64,000 bases of DNA from Candidatus Bathyarchaeia archaeon (GCA_049516875.1 JBEKSS010000003.1:32001-96000); one strand, 5' to 3'. Positions 49,954 through 60,085 are shown, counted from the first letter of the stretch. The notes: generated by a model not told the origin, from the sequence alone. Program-made: numbers and translations.

Positions 49954-51822
49954 TCAAACAAACAACAAAAGCAACATCAGAAGCAGCCCACTGGTCCCGA
50001 AGACAGGAAGAATCGCCCTTTTAGCTCTTTGAATCACCTTGTCTATCAAAAGGCACAACGCTTCAAGCTGTTTGGCTCCAATAACCTTGACGTTGGGAAC
50101 CGTTATGCTACGACATGAAACTCCTACCCTTTCCGACCTGGTTAATGCGTTGACCGTTGCCTCTTTGAGGTAGCTGATTAATTTTTCGTTTTCGATAGCC
50201 TCGCCGATAGGGTGATAGCCATGCTCGGTCAGTATTAAGGCGCTAACTGCATGTGTGTCAGTTGTGAAGACCTCGCCTTCGTCAATGCCTATAGAAAGCA
50301 GTGATGAAAGGATTCGTTCACGCAGTCCAGAAACCATGTTGTTGCCATCGATGACCACGTAGGCAGCCTTCTGCTGGCCGCTTTTGACCACGGTGACAGT
50401 GATGCCGCCAGATCCCATCCCGTCTTCAAGGCTGAACTCTTTCGGCAATACAGTGGCAACACCGACTTCAAACGGTGATTGCTTGAGCGACAGCGCTTTG
50501 TCCAGACATTTGGTTGCAACGTCTTGGAGCGAAGCCAGAGACCCCTGCATTTCCGCTGTTCCGTCGATACTGTTGTGGGCGTTCACAACTGCGCAGAGAT
50601 GCAGACCGCGTTTCTCTGCTTCTTCGCGCACAAATCGGCCTAACTCCTGCGGCAAATCCTCGATCGTCTTTGGCGCAAGGGTGAATGATATGAATGCAGA
50701 TTTTCCGAAAACCTGGCAGCAAGCCGTAGCCAAACCGTTACTAACCGTGACAAATGGAGAAGCATTCTCATCGTGAACTTCCAAATCTCTGAGGCATGCC
50801 TCAACGTCAGCGATGACCTTCTTGTTCTGAAGCTGAGAGGCCAAATCGTATTCATGGCCAAACAGTCCGTGAGGGACGCAGACCACGCACTTGAACTCCT
50901 TTTCCAAGTCAGCCTTAAGCATGGCGGGCAAGAGGCTGCTTCCAATGTTCTTGAAGGGCCCAGGGTGCACGGAAGGAACAACCACGACCGCCTTTGTTCC
51001 TGAAGCACCGAACTTCATCAAAGAAACTTCAACTTCCTGTTCTTCACCCAGCTTTTCAAGAAGTTCTTCAAACGGTGCATTCAGGTTCGACACCCAGTTA
51101 AGCATGAAGGCTCTGAAAAGCTCTACGGATCGAAGCCCGACCGCTTGCTTGCCCATCTGGTTTAGAAGAAATAGAAAACTGAGACTCGCAGCAAAACCTA
51201 TCACGACTGAAGAGATGAAGAACGCAAGCATGTTGACCGAGACAGAATAATCTATTCTTGCCCAGAAAATCAGAAAGGGAACGACGCTTAGAAAGGGTTG
51301 AAGAAGAGAGGCTGCGAACAGTCTTTTATGAGTCGTTGAAGAAGCTGCGTTGAAGACTGTGAAACGAAGAATCAGTGTTGCCGAGAATCCTAGGAGACTA
51401 AGCCTTATCCACCATTTCAGAACAGATGTTGCTGCACCCACAGCCGCACCTATGAAAATGAAGAACAGCCACACCGCCCAACAGAAAATCGAAAGCGCCA
51501 TTGTTCTTCTTAAATCAAAGACTGCGTCTCCTTTCAGGACAAGTACGCTGATGATATAATCAGCAACCAGGCTTGTCAAGAAAAGGCCGAGACCCAAGAG
51601 AAATCCGTTCTCCAGTCCATTAAGGCTGGGAAAAAGAATCATTGTTGAAAGCACACCGCCTCCAACACAGAAAAGCAAAAGCAACAGCGGCACTTTGTGC
51701 GCCGAGGGCAACTTGAACAATGATGAATAACGTTTAACCGCAATATCCATGGACTGTTTCAGCGAATCTTCAGCTGCCACACCGAATTCCTCTACGGAGA
51801 CCTTCGTAAGAGAATAATCCAA
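49954..51822 (-). CDS. DUF2070 family membrane protein
   Basis: N-terminal TM bundle; HPGPFKNIGSS, AHNS, DGNN and TTDTH motifs; start probably near 51750. Confidence 0.85.
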   Translation of the reverse strand: MDYSLTKVSVEEFGVAAEDSLKQSMDIAVKRYSSLFKLPSAHKVPLLLLLFCVGGGVLSTMILFPSLNGLENGFLLGLGLFLTSLVADYIISVLVLKGDAVFDLRRTMALSIFCWAVWLFFIFIGAAVGAATSVLKWWIRLSLLGFSATLILRFTVFNAASSTTHKRLFAASLLQPFLSVVPFLIFWARIDYSVSVNMLAFFISSVVIGFAASLSFLFLLNQMGKQAVGLRSVELFRAFMLNWVSNLNAPFEELLEKLGEEQEVEVSLMKFGASGTKAVVVVPSVHPGPFKNIGSSLLPAMLKADLEKEFKCVVCVPHGLFGHEYDLASQLQNKKVIADVEACLRDLEVHDENASPFVTVSNGLATACCQVFGKSAFISFTLAPKTIEDLPQELGRFVREEAEKRGLHLCAVVNAHNSIDGTAEMQGSLASLQDVATKCLDKALSLKQSPFEVGVATVLPKEFSLEDGMGSGGITVTVVKSGQQKAAYVVIDGNNMVSGLRERILSSLLSIGIDEGEVFTTDTHAVSALILTEHGYHPIGEAIENEKLISYLKEATVNALTRSERVGVSCRSITVPNVKVIGAKQLEALCLLIDKVIQRAKRAILPVFGTSGLLLMLLLLFV

Positions 51823-52032
51823 GCATATTAAACTGTCGCGAAATCGAGTTTACAAACCATGGAAGGGAAACACCGCTCAAACGATTGTTGCGCGGGTTAG
51901 ATGATAGCTTCGACATGAATTTGGCAGAAGGAAGCGGGGTCCAGGGCAATCGGCAATGGTACCGAAACAGCGCATATTTATAGGGGAACTGTTTTATTGT
52001 TTAAGCGTCTATTACAGGGTTTTGCGAAAACA

Positions 52033-52320
52033 ATGCCAGAGCAAGACTTGCCCTTAACTATATTCCACATGCTTGAAAAGAACGTAGGGAACCAGATACG
52101 CGTGATACTGGATCCATCCTACGGTTTTGAGGGCACGCTAGCTGCCGTCACCCGTGAACCCGCTGGGATATGGCTTTCGGACGCGGAGGCAGTCATCCTG
52201 CGCGCAACTATCGCTCAGCCTATACCACAGGTCGCAAGCCGAGAGGAGAGAAGTGAGATATTCGTACACCTTAATTCTGTGCAACGAATAGAAGTCATAC
52301 ACGCGCCTTCCCATCGCTGA
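52033..52320 (+). CDS. Putative Sm/LSm-fold protein
   Basis: Helix followed by IRVIL...FEGTL...IWLSDAE...IFVHLNSVQRIEV, matching the Sm1/Sm2 beta pattern. Confidence 0.55.
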   Translation: MPEQDLPLTIFHMLEKNVGNQIRVILDPSYGFEGTLAAVTREPAGIWLSDAEAVILRATIAQPIPQVASREERSEIFVHLNSVQRIEVIHAPSHR

Positions 52321-52329
52321 GAAGCCTAT

Positions 52330-52500
52330 CTAGAAGAACGCGTGAGCTAAAGCTGCGACGATTATCAATGCGATTGCTAGAATGATTAGGAGTTCTGGTC
52401 TAACCTTGACTCCCTCAGTTTCCTCTTCAAAGAACCTGAGCAACCCTGCGCTTGCAGCGGGCATCGGTGATTTTTTCTCCTTTTTCTTCTTGGTGCTCAC
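52330..52500 (-). CDS. secG: Preprotein translocase Sec61 beta (archaeal SecG)
   Basis: Hand translation MSTKKKKEKKSPMPAASAGLLRFFEEETEGVKVRPELLIILAIALIIVAALAHAFF*; 56 aa, below the ORF-track cutoff. Confidence 0.93.
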   Translation of the reverse strand: MSTKKKKEKKSPMPAASAGLLRFFEEETEGVKVRPELLIILAIALIIVAALAHAFF

Positions 52501-52620
52501 GAGTAACCCTTCTTGTGTTTGTCATTCAAGTTGTGTTATTTCTCCATTATTAATGTTGCGTCGGTTCAAAGAGTTTTTATTTCTGAAGAGGGAATAATGA
52601 GGTGCAAAAAAGGTGTTGGA

Positions 52621-53937
52621 ATGTCGACTCCTAGAGATGAGTACAATCACGTTTTTGACCTCCTGCAACAGCATCACAAGTGGTTTCAAGAGAGCATTCC
52701 ACTAATAGCAAGCGAGAACATCCCGAGCCCGGCTGTACGCGAAACTATGATAACGGATTTTGGGAACCGCTACGCGGAAGGCTGGCCTGGCGAAAGGGTG
52801 TACGCTGGCTGCCGCTTCATTGATCAGGTGGAGTTCAAGTGCATCGAGCTTATGAAGAAGCTTTTCGACGCTGAATTTGTAGACGTCAGGCCCATCTCAG
52901 GCGTGGTCGCAAACTTGGCCGTCTACACCGCCTTCACTGAGCCCGGAGACACGCTGTTGGCCTTGTCCATTCCAAGCGGCGGGCACATCACGTCAGGCAA
53001 GAAGGAACTGGGAGGTACAGCAGGCGCCGTCAAAGGCTTAGTCGTTGAGTATCTGCCCTTGGACTATAAGGAATTGAACATAGATGTGGACAGGGCTAGG
53101 GACAAGATTAAGGAGCTTGCGGCAAAAGGTAAACCGCCGAAGTTCGTGATGTTCGGTGCAAGTGTTTTCCCGTTTCCGCATCCAGTTAAGGAGCTGGTTG
53201 AGACCATTCATTCTGTGGGCGCTACAGCGGGCTACGACGCGGCGCATGTGGCGGGGTTGATTGCTGGTGGCACATTCCAAGATCCTCTGAGAGAAGGCGC
53301 AGACGTCGTAAGCTTGAGCACACACAAGACATTCTTTGGACCTCAACATGGCGGAATTCTGTCCTGGGAGAGGAACGCCGAGAAAATAAAGAAAGCGACG
53401 TTTCCAGGCATGGTGAGCAACCATCATCTTCACGCAGTTGCAGGGCTGACCGTTGCTTGTGCGGAAATGCTTGAATTCGGAAAGAACTACGCAGCTCAGG
53501 TAGTCAAGAACGCCAAAGCGCTGGCACAAGCGCTTTACGAAAGAGGCTTCAACGTTTTGGCTGAGCACAAAGGGTTCACGCAGTCACACGTGATTCTGAT
53601 AGACATAGTGAAACACGGTGACGGCGGCACCATTGAAGAGACTCTGGAGAAGGCGAACATAATCATAAACAGAAACCTGTTGCCATGGGACATTAAAGAA
53701 GGAAGGCACTTCATGCACCCTGGCGGCACAAGAATGGGTGCTTCTGAAGTCACAAGGTTGGGAATGAAAGAAAGCGAGATGGCGGAAATAGCAGAGTTCG
53801 TCAAACGTGTAATAATCGACAAAGAACCCTTGGAAAAAGTACAGACGGACGTTGCCGCTTTTCGAAAAGACTACCAGAAGGTGCATTACTGCTTCGAGAA
53901 CGCCACAGAAGCCTACAAGTACATAAAAATCCGTTAA
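52621..53937 (+). CDS. glyA: Serine hydroxymethyltransferase
   Basis: LIASEN, RYAEG, DAAHVAG and STHKTF motifs; ATG at 52621. Confidence 0.96.
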   Translation: MSTPRDEYNHVFDLLQQHHKWFQESIPLIASENIPSPAVRETMITDFGNRYAEGWPGERVYAGCRFIDQVEFKCIELMKKLFDAEFVDVRPISGVVANLAVYTAFTEPGDTLLALSIPSGGHITSGKKELGGTAGAVKGLVVEYLPLDYKELNIDVDRARDKIKELAAKGKPPKFVMFGASVFPFPHPVKELVETIHSVGATAGYDAAHVAGLIAGGTFQDPLREGADVVSLSTHKTFFGPQHGGILSWERNAEKIKKATFPGMVSNHHLHAVAGLTVACAEMLEFGKNYAAQVVKNAKALAQALYERGFNVLAEHKGFTQSHVILIDIVKHGDGGTIEETLEKANIIINRNLLPWDIKEGRHFMHPGGTRMGASEVTRLGMKESEMAEIAEFVKRVIIDKEPLEKVQTDVAAFRKDYQKVHYCFENATEAYKYIKIR

Positions 53938-54320
53938 GTTGACGCAACATTTTCGAGCGCGCGCTCGGTGGTTCCTCCAGGGTATATCAGATATTCCAGA
54001 GAAAAACATGACGAGAGAACTCGTGAATGGCCAAAGGAAACAACGCCGAGGCGCAGGAAACACAAGATAAAAGTTTTCAACAAATCGTACTGCCGTCTGA
54101 AACTAGTAGCTCGATGAGGCTACTGCAAGCCGCTAATTGCACTTTTCGCTCAGACTAGCTTAGAAGCAAGCTCTTACCCGCATCCACCAAGCCAGCCAAA
54201 ACGACCACCTCTTCGCCCCAGCCTGCCGCACAAGCATAGAAACCCGACCGCCCAGAAAAGGCGTCATAATACTCCAACAACGCAGCAGCTCATAAGCGCC
54301 AGCGGTTTGAATCTCAAAAA

Positions 54321-54434
54321 AAATCACGGATTGAGTACTCAAACACAAGGGCTAGAAACCCAACATCGCATCAACATGCCACAACAACGTTTTGACACTC
54401 AAAGAAATCACGGATTGAGTACTCAAACACAAGG
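54321..54434. repeat. Two exact 30-bp direct repeats, each containing the palindrome TTGAGTACTCAA
   Basis: AAATCACGGATTGAGTACTCAAACACAAGG at 54321-54350 and 54405-54434 (84-bp period). Confidence 0.9.
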
Positions 54435-54531
54435 ACCCCCCAGAAACTTCACAAATCAGCTTTGCGCGCGCCATACAGTTTGATTATCTTTATCTCTTTT
54501 CCGTTCCCCTTTACGCATTGGAGGTTGACAC

Positions 54532-54819
54532 TTGCACATCCGTGAATTCCAGGAGATGATGAGGCGCCTATATTTCCACAGAGACTCAGAGCGCGGGATA
54601 GCCGGAACGTATGATTGGCTCGTAGATGAAGTCAAGGAGCTAGGCGACGCGTTGAATGCAGCTGACAAAGAAGAACTCCAGAAAGAGTTTGCAGATGTTG
54701 TTGCATGGCTGGCTTCTCTCGCAAACATAACTGGGGTGGACCTTGAAAGGGCAACTGTTGCAAAATACAATCAGAAATGCCCGAAGTGTGAACACTCACC
54801 GTGCGAGTGCAAGTTCTAG
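54532..54819 (+). CDS. MazG-like nucleotide pyrophosphohydrolase
   Basis: WLVDEVKEL...EFADVVAWLASLAN motif; C-terminal CPKC...C.C. Confidence 0.9.
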   Translation: MHIREFQEMMRRLYFHRDSERGIAGTYDWLVDEVKELGDALNAADKEELQKEFADVVAWLASLANITGVDLERATVAKYNQKCPKCEHSPCECKF

Positions 54820-55088
54820 TCCGTGTTCACGAGACGTTTCTGTCCCGCCCCGGTAAGTGCCCAAACGAAGGGTTTTCCGCCTTCACGTCGCACAATCCCC
54901 TCTGACTGCAGAAGCTTCAAATGGTGCATGACAACGCCATAGTGCATAGAAGCTCCCTTTGTAATCGTTTTCGCATCACCCGAACCCCTTTCCAGAACAT
55001 TCAGTATCCTAGTTCGAGCCCTAAGCCCGAGACTAATGTTCCTCAGGTTCGCCAAGTAAGCGTTCGGATGATAAGCTTCCTTCAACAT
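54816..55088 (-). CDS. Small ArsR-like winged-HTH protein
   Basis: RTRILNVLE...YGVVMHHLKLLQSEGIV. Confidence 0.8.
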   Translation of the reverse strand: MLKEAYHPNAYLANLRNISLGLRARTRILNVLERGSGDAKTITKGASMHYGVVMHHLKLLQSEGIVRREGGKPFVWALTGAGQKRLVNTD

Positions 55089-55131
55089 GGATGCTCAGAG
55101 ATAATGTGCTCTTTTATGTAGAAAAGTCTTG

Positions 55132-58100
55132 TTAGGCGAAGTCTGTTAGACAGATCTGTTTTGGTTTCTTGCTTTCGAACAGGGCGTTAATCTCCTCTTT
55201 CACGAGAGCAATTCTCTGCGTGTAATACTTGGGCAGGTGGTATCTCTCAATCAAGCTCTGTGCCGCTTCCAAGTACTTCTCGATCCCGCCGCGGTAAACG
55301 GTCAGAGTCAACTGTCCGCCGCACGATGGGCATTTGCCCCGCAGAGGCAAGCGTCGGAAGTGCCTGTTACATGTTTTGCATCTGAAGCCTTGTGTTGAGA
55401 AAGCCCGAAGGTTTCCAGCGATGTCCCGCATGAAGTGCTTGGTGAGGACTTTCAAAGCCACTTTCTTCGCGTCTACGGCCTCAATTTTGTCTGCTAGTTC
55501 AAGTTGGCTGTTCAGCTTCTCAACCATCGTTTTGAATTGTTTGTACGCGCTTCTGGGGTTTCCCATGTTAATGTTGGAGACGGGAGTTGTGTAGTTGAAA
55601 CCCTCAAATTGCGCTTCGGTGCCAAGTCGACACCCGACAAGGTCTACCAGAGAACAGGCTTGTCTAGCCTCAACTCTCTCCCATGTTTTCTCGTAAAACT
55701 CGATTGGGTAAGCGCGGGCAACATCAAAGTCGTGCGCTTGTCTCTGCACTTCTCTCGTGTTGACAACCGGAATCAATAGCAACGGAGCGTCCATTATACC
55801 GCCTATCTGGGCAGGCAGGTACTCGCGTGAAAAGTTAAGCAGTGTATCCAGCGCGAGCATCAAAGTGTCTTCGTCGCCGTCACAGTCTCTACGTTTCGCC
55901 GAATGCCAAACCGGATGGGCATAGCAGACGCTCAGGTTGGTAAAGCCTACAACTCGCCCCAAGATGCCTACGCAAGTGTGAGGGGCCAGGCCGACGATGA
56001 CGTGCCCCACAAGGTCCTCTTCACGTTTGACGTTGTAGTAAGGTGAGAGCCCATAAACCTTTGTCAGTAGTTCGTCTGTAAAACTTGCGACTCCTACGAA
56101 GTATTCTGCACTTTTCACTGGAATAACAACGTCTTGAAGTTTCAACTCGCAAACTTGACCTTCATCAGTCAAGCTTGCGCCATGCATGTCACAAGTGTAG
56201 CCCATTTGTCTGAGCATCTCAACCGAGACTCCGATTTCCCCTGGTTTGAAATGCGTTAACGGTGCATTGGTGGCATCGAACCTGATTGTCCCGTCCTTAT
56301 AAACTGATAGACCGTGTTTTGCACGCAGAACCCCCTTCTCGATTATTTCCGGTGTTTTCGTCTCATTTGTTAAACCCTTGACACCCTTGAGGATCTTCGG
56401 CATGGAAACGCCCAAACGATCACAGATGCCCTCAAGCGATTCTTTGAAGTTGACAACCTGCTTCTGAAACTGTTTGGCAGGCACTCTGCACGCTGGACAC
56501 TCACTTTCCTTCAGGCTCTTTCCACATCTAGGACAGCTTTTTTCAAGAATTGTCTCAGAACCGCAGGCAGGACACTTGATCCTGAAAGTGAAAGTCTTAC
56601 AGTTAGGACACTTACGTCTGACGACCTCCACGAATATTGGCTCCCGCTTTGCCGCGTAAACTATGTCTCTCTGCGAACCCCCAGCCAAACCCACTGGAAA
56701 GAGAACGTGAACGAGCGGTTTCATCTCCCGTCTCTTCGCCTTCTCAGGTCTTCCCATTCTGGCCCCCACGAACGTTGGAGCCTTATCCCTTATTTTGACG
56801 CCTGACAACCTGCAAACCGTTTGCAGAACGGATTGGGCGGAGGGGAAATCCAAGTCACATGAAGACTTGTAGCCTAGGCAAAACGCAAGTGCTTGTGCAT
56901 CGTCGTCCGTGATGATGATCTTTCCATCGGACATTTTGTGGGGCAGGTATATCAATTCTAAAGCACTTTTGACGCCCGAGTTCATTTCCCCAATTATCCC
57001 GCAGACAACGCCACCTTCGGTCTGAACCTCAGAGTTGAGAAGCCACTTTCTCAGCAACGCGACGTCTTCAACCGAGGTAAGGTTCGACCAGAAGAAGGTG
57101 AAAGCCGGATGCAGAGGCACGTTCAATGTGGACGCAATGGCCACTGCTTCTGTGACGTCAGGCTTGCTGATGAACGGGTCCTCCAAGAAAAGCTTCAGCT
57201 TCTCCGAAGGGATTTTCGTGGCTTCGCTGGCGTCTTCCAAGTTCCCACCGTGTTTCTCCGCAATTGCTTTTTGGACATCTTCAGCCCACCACTCTTCCAC
57301 ATATCCCGATGGTTCCAGCAGTTTGCTACTGTATAGGAAATCTCCAACACTGATCAGGATATCGCCCAAGAACAGTATCTTCTCAATCTTGTCTCTCATC
57401 CCGCTGAAATTCTCACTTGTGACTCGAGAAACAGATCCGTCGCTCAGACGAACCACTGGACCCTCCACGGCATCAACAGGTACAGCGATACCGCCCTTTC
57501 CAGGAAGCTCCATCCGCATCTGTGTTCCCGCTGCCAGAAAACCCTGGAGCACAAGCATCGTCGTTGGATGGATACCGACGGCGGTGAGTCCTGTGTTCCG
57601 TGACCTACCGTACCTCAACCGGAAACCACCGCGTCTGGATGGAAAGGAAAAAACTGGTCGGCCCGCAATAACATCATCCATGAAGCCGGCAGATTTCTTC
57701 TCGGATTTCACGTGGAGTTCTTTGAGCCAATCCCATCCTTGAAACCCAAGTTTGCCGACGATATTCAAGACCTTCGGAGCCCTGCCGACAACACCATCGT
57801 TCACGACCCTTAATGCGCCGCCTCTGACACGGTTGGTCTCTACACGCGGAAGATTTCTGAAAGAAGAGACCTCAATGGGGTCAGATTCTGTGCCGGTCAC
57901 TTCCACGGGAATCCACTGCAGCGCCTTCCGCAGCTCATCGTCAGGAATGTGATATTGGAAACCTGCTACAGACCGCTCGTAGACCCGCAGTTCTTCAATG
58001 AACCTGGATATCTCCTCTTCGGTCGGCTTGTAACGGTCGAGCCCCAGCAGCTTTCGAACGAAGTCTCCCACGATAAGCGTCAGAGCTTGGTCAGTTCCCC

Positions 58101-58548
58101 CGGCGGATCGTATGGGCCCGGCGAAGTAAATGGCAAGATAACGTGTGCGATCGCTGTTCATTTTAATACTTACTTTTGCTACTCCTTGAATTGGAGCAGC
58201 GGTCAGTCCCTCCGTGAAGATTGCTAGGGCCGTTCGTATTGCTTGTTCAGCGGCGGCCTCGGCTTCCAAATGCCCAAATTTGCCGTAAATTATCTCTTCA
58301 GTAACTTTGAAGGCGAGTTCCTCTCGGGGAAGCTTGGAGCTCAGTTCCCGAATGCTCTGGGCAACGCCTTTTGGCCCCACAAGTCCCTCCACGAGATCGG
58401 CTAAGTCCTTGGCAATTATGCACTCAGTCTTCAACGAGGGATCCAACCCTCTTTGTCTGGCTTCTTTGCTGATTGCGTACAGTTGCTCAAGCTTGGTTTC
58501 CAGAGATTCCACGTACTGCTTGTAGGCTTCGCTCATTCGTTCGTCCAA
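55132..58548 (-). CDS. polC: DNA polymerase D large subunit DP2
   Basis: AGPIRSAGGT, GGFRLRYGRSR, RMGRPEK, KRRDCDGDED catalytic motif and zinc fingers; no intein evident. Confidence 0.97.
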   Translation of the reverse strand: MDERMSEAYKQYVESLETKLEQLYAISKEARQRGLDPSLKTECIIAKDLADLVEGLVGPKGVAQSIRELSSKLPREELAFKVTEEIIYGKFGHLEAEAAAEQAIRTALAIFTEGLTAAPIQGVAKVSIKMNSDRTRYLAIYFAGPIRSAGGTDQALTLIVGDFVRKLLGLDRYKPTEEEISRFIEELRVYERSVAGFQYHIPDDELRKALQWIPVEVTGTESDPIEVSSFRNLPRVETNRVRGGALRVVNDGVVGRAPKVLNIVGKLGFQGWDWLKELHVKSEKKSAGFMDDVIAGRPVFSFPSRRGGFRLRYGRSRNTGLTAVGIHPTTMLVLQGFLAAGTQMRMELPGKGGIAVPVDAVEGPVVRLSDGSVSRVTSENFSGMRDKIEKILFLGDILISVGDFLYSSKLLEPSGYVEEWWAEDVQKAIAEKHGGNLEDASEATKIPSEKLKLFLEDPFISKPDVTEAVAIASTLNVPLHPAFTFFWSNLTSVEDVALLRKWLLNSEVQTEGGVVCGIIGEMNSGVKSALELIYLPHKMSDGKIIITDDDAQALAFCLGYKSSCDLDFPSAQSVLQTVCRLSGVKIRDKAPTFVGARMGRPEKAKRREMKPLVHVLFPVGLAGGSQRDIVYAAKREPIFVEVVRRKCPNCKTFTFRIKCPACGSETILEKSCPRCGKSLKESECPACRVPAKQFQKQVVNFKESLEGICDRLGVSMPKILKGVKGLTNETKTPEIIEKGVLRAKHGLSVYKDGTIRFDATNAPLTHFKPGEIGVSVEMLRQMGYTCDMHGASLTDEGQVCELKLQDVVIPVKSAEYFVGVASFTDELLTKVYGLSPYYNVKREEDLVGHVIVGLAPHTCVGILGRVVGFTNLSVCYAHPVWHSAKRRDCDGDEDTLMLALDTLLNFSREYLPAQIGGIMDAPLLLIPVVNTREVQRQAHDFDVARAYPIEFYEKTWERVEARQACSLVDLVGCRLGTEAQFEGFNYTTPVSNINMGNPRSAYKQFKTMVEKLNSQLELADKIEAVDAKKVALKVLTKHFMRDIAGNLRAFSTQGFRCKTCNRHFRRLPLRGKCPSCGGQLTLTVYRGGIEKYLEAAQSLIERYHLPKYYTQRIALVKEEINALFESKKPKQICLTDFA

Positions 58549-58636
58549 GTCTCGCCCTCGTAAACCTTTTTGTTTGAAAGAAGTTTATTTCTGTTTTCTG
58601 ACAGGAAAGAGTCAAAAAGCAGTCTTTTAGAGAGCT

Positions 58637-58945
58637 CTATTCCGTGTGGATTCTACACAAAAACAGTGTGACCCATTTATCCTTCGGACGACCAGTGGCT
58701 TCCTGATATGCTTCTTTTGCGAGCTTGCCTCTTCTCTCGGCACAATCTTTGCAGAGCGCATGCCTCAGATCAGACGGACCGTCGCACACTCCGCAATTCA
58801 GCATCAAAACCTCGCCTAAACCTCGTAGCGTTGTCCACGCGTATTCATGCTCATCGTATTGCGGTTCGAAATCTGGCCATATATCATACATTGGATCATC
58901 GCAAAGCTTCTTCAAAGCACTGAAGTAGTTTTCAAAAGATGTCAA
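58637..58945 (-). CDS. Small Cys-rich hypothetical protein
   Basis: 102 aa, co-oriented directly after GGGP synthase; CGVC...CKDC. Confidence 0.7.
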   Translation of the reverse strand: MTSFENYFSALKKLCDDPMYDIWPDFEPQYDEHEYAWTTLRGLGEVLMLNCGVCDGPSDLRHALCKDCAERRGKLAKEAYQEATGRPKDKWVTLFLCRIHTE

Positions 58946-58954
58946 AAGAGGTTT

Positions 58955-59707
58955 TCACGCTCTGCCGCGCTTTATGCCCTCGATAATCTCTGAGACCCGG
59001 CGTCTCATGCCGGATTCTTCAATGATGTTTCCCGTGACAATGATGCCTGCGCCTGCTGAGGCGGCGGCTAGCGCTTGTTCTCGGGATCTGATGCCTCCGC
59101 CTACAATCATCGGAACTTCAACGTAGTGTCTGACAGCTCGGATCATGTCGGGGGGAACAGGGTTCTTTGCTCCCGATCCAGCTTCTAAGTAGATGAAGCG
59201 CATTCCGAGGTACTGCCCAGCTAGGGCGTGTGCCGCGGCGAGCTCAGGTTTATTGTACGGGATTGGAATTGCCTTGCCCACGACACCTGCTGTTCCGCCT
59301 TCGCCGACGATTAGGTATCCGAGAGGGATGGGTTCTATAGCGTATTTCTTGACGAGTGGTGCGCCCAGAATTTGGGCTCCTATCAAGAAGTATGGGTCAA
59401 CAGAGTTTAAGAGAGACATGAACCATATGGCATCGGCGTAGCGGCTTATGCCCGTCACGTTGTTCGGAAATAGGATTACTGGTATCTTTACGGTGCGCTT
59501 GACAGCCTTGACGACGTCATCCAGATGTGCTGAGGAAACGAATGTTGAACCGCCAATCATTATTGCTGACGTTTCGCTCAGTTTCGCCTTGTTCACGATC
59601 CTGGAAGCTTGAGGAGGAGTTACCTCTTCAGGATCTATGAGGGTTATGTGGATGGAACCTTCGGACTCGATTTTGTCAAGGAGGTATTTCTCAACATTTC
59701 CTATCAT
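58955..59707 (-). CDS. Geranylgeranylglyceryl phosphate synthase
   Basis: TLIDP, IGGS, ILFP, SLLNS, YLEAGSGA, VGGGIR and VTGN motifs. Confidence 0.94.
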   Translation of the reverse strand: MIGNVEKYLLDKIESEGSIHITLIDPEEVTPPQASRIVNKAKLSETSAIMIGGSTFVSSAHLDDVVKAVKRTVKIPVILFPNNVTGISRYADAIWFMSLLNSVDPYFLIGAQILGAPLVKKYAIEPIPLGYLIVGEGGTAGVVGKAIPIPYNKPELAAAHALAGQYLGMRFIYLEAGSGAKNPVPPDMIRAVRHYVEVPMIVGGGIRSREQALAAASAGAGIIVTGNIIEESGMRRRVSEIIEGIKRGRA

Positions 59708-59721
59708 GTGAACCGACCTCG

Positions 59722-59991
59722 TTAAGCACCTTTAATCGCCGGTGCAGAGGGTGTCCTGGAACCTCCGTAAATCTTGTCAGTAAACATGCAGTAAACGTCA
59801 ATCTCGCCTTGCGCGGGCTTGACTGGAAACTCGTCTTTAAGACCACAACTGCCGCAAGCCACGATTGCACGTCCCTGGTCTCGAATTATCTCAACTCTGA
59901 TCGCTTCCTTCCCGCATCGGGGGCAAGAGAAGAGTTTCGGCAAGTGCTTCTTGGGAATGCGAACAACTTTTTTCCTTCTTCTTCCCATCAT
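59722..59991 (-). CDS. elf1: Transcription elongation factor Elf1
   Basis: MGRRRKK, F.CPRC...CGSC and IDVY motifs. Confidence 0.9.
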   Translation of the reverse strand: MMGRRRKKVVRIPKKHLPKLFSCPRCGKEAIRVEIIRDQGRAIVACGSCGLKDEFPVKPAQGEIDVYCMFTDKIYGGSRTPSAPAIKGA

Positions 59992-60085
59992 CAGGTCCTT
60001 CTACTCAGCCGGATGTTGTTACCTCCATATTTACGTTTGTACTTAAATATTTGCCTACAACCATAGACCTTGAAGGTGCATCAAC

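Noticed and set aside
53993-54008. ATTCCAGAGAAAAAC resembling an ORB/mini-ORB origin box
   Set aside because: Single imperfect copy, no G-string, no inverted partner and no cdc6 nearby
54160-54348. 62-aa minus-strand ORF in the glyA-mazG gap
   Set aside because: No recognisable motif, starts inside the repeat, and is likely a by-product of compositional skew
54321-54434. Possible mini CRISPR array
   Set aside because: Only two repeats, a 54-nt spacer, similarity extending into the flanks like a tandem duplication, and no cas genes in the window
55132-58548. Intein in DP2
   Set aside because: The length (1138 aa) and the uninterrupted KRRDCDGDED motif leave no room for an insertion
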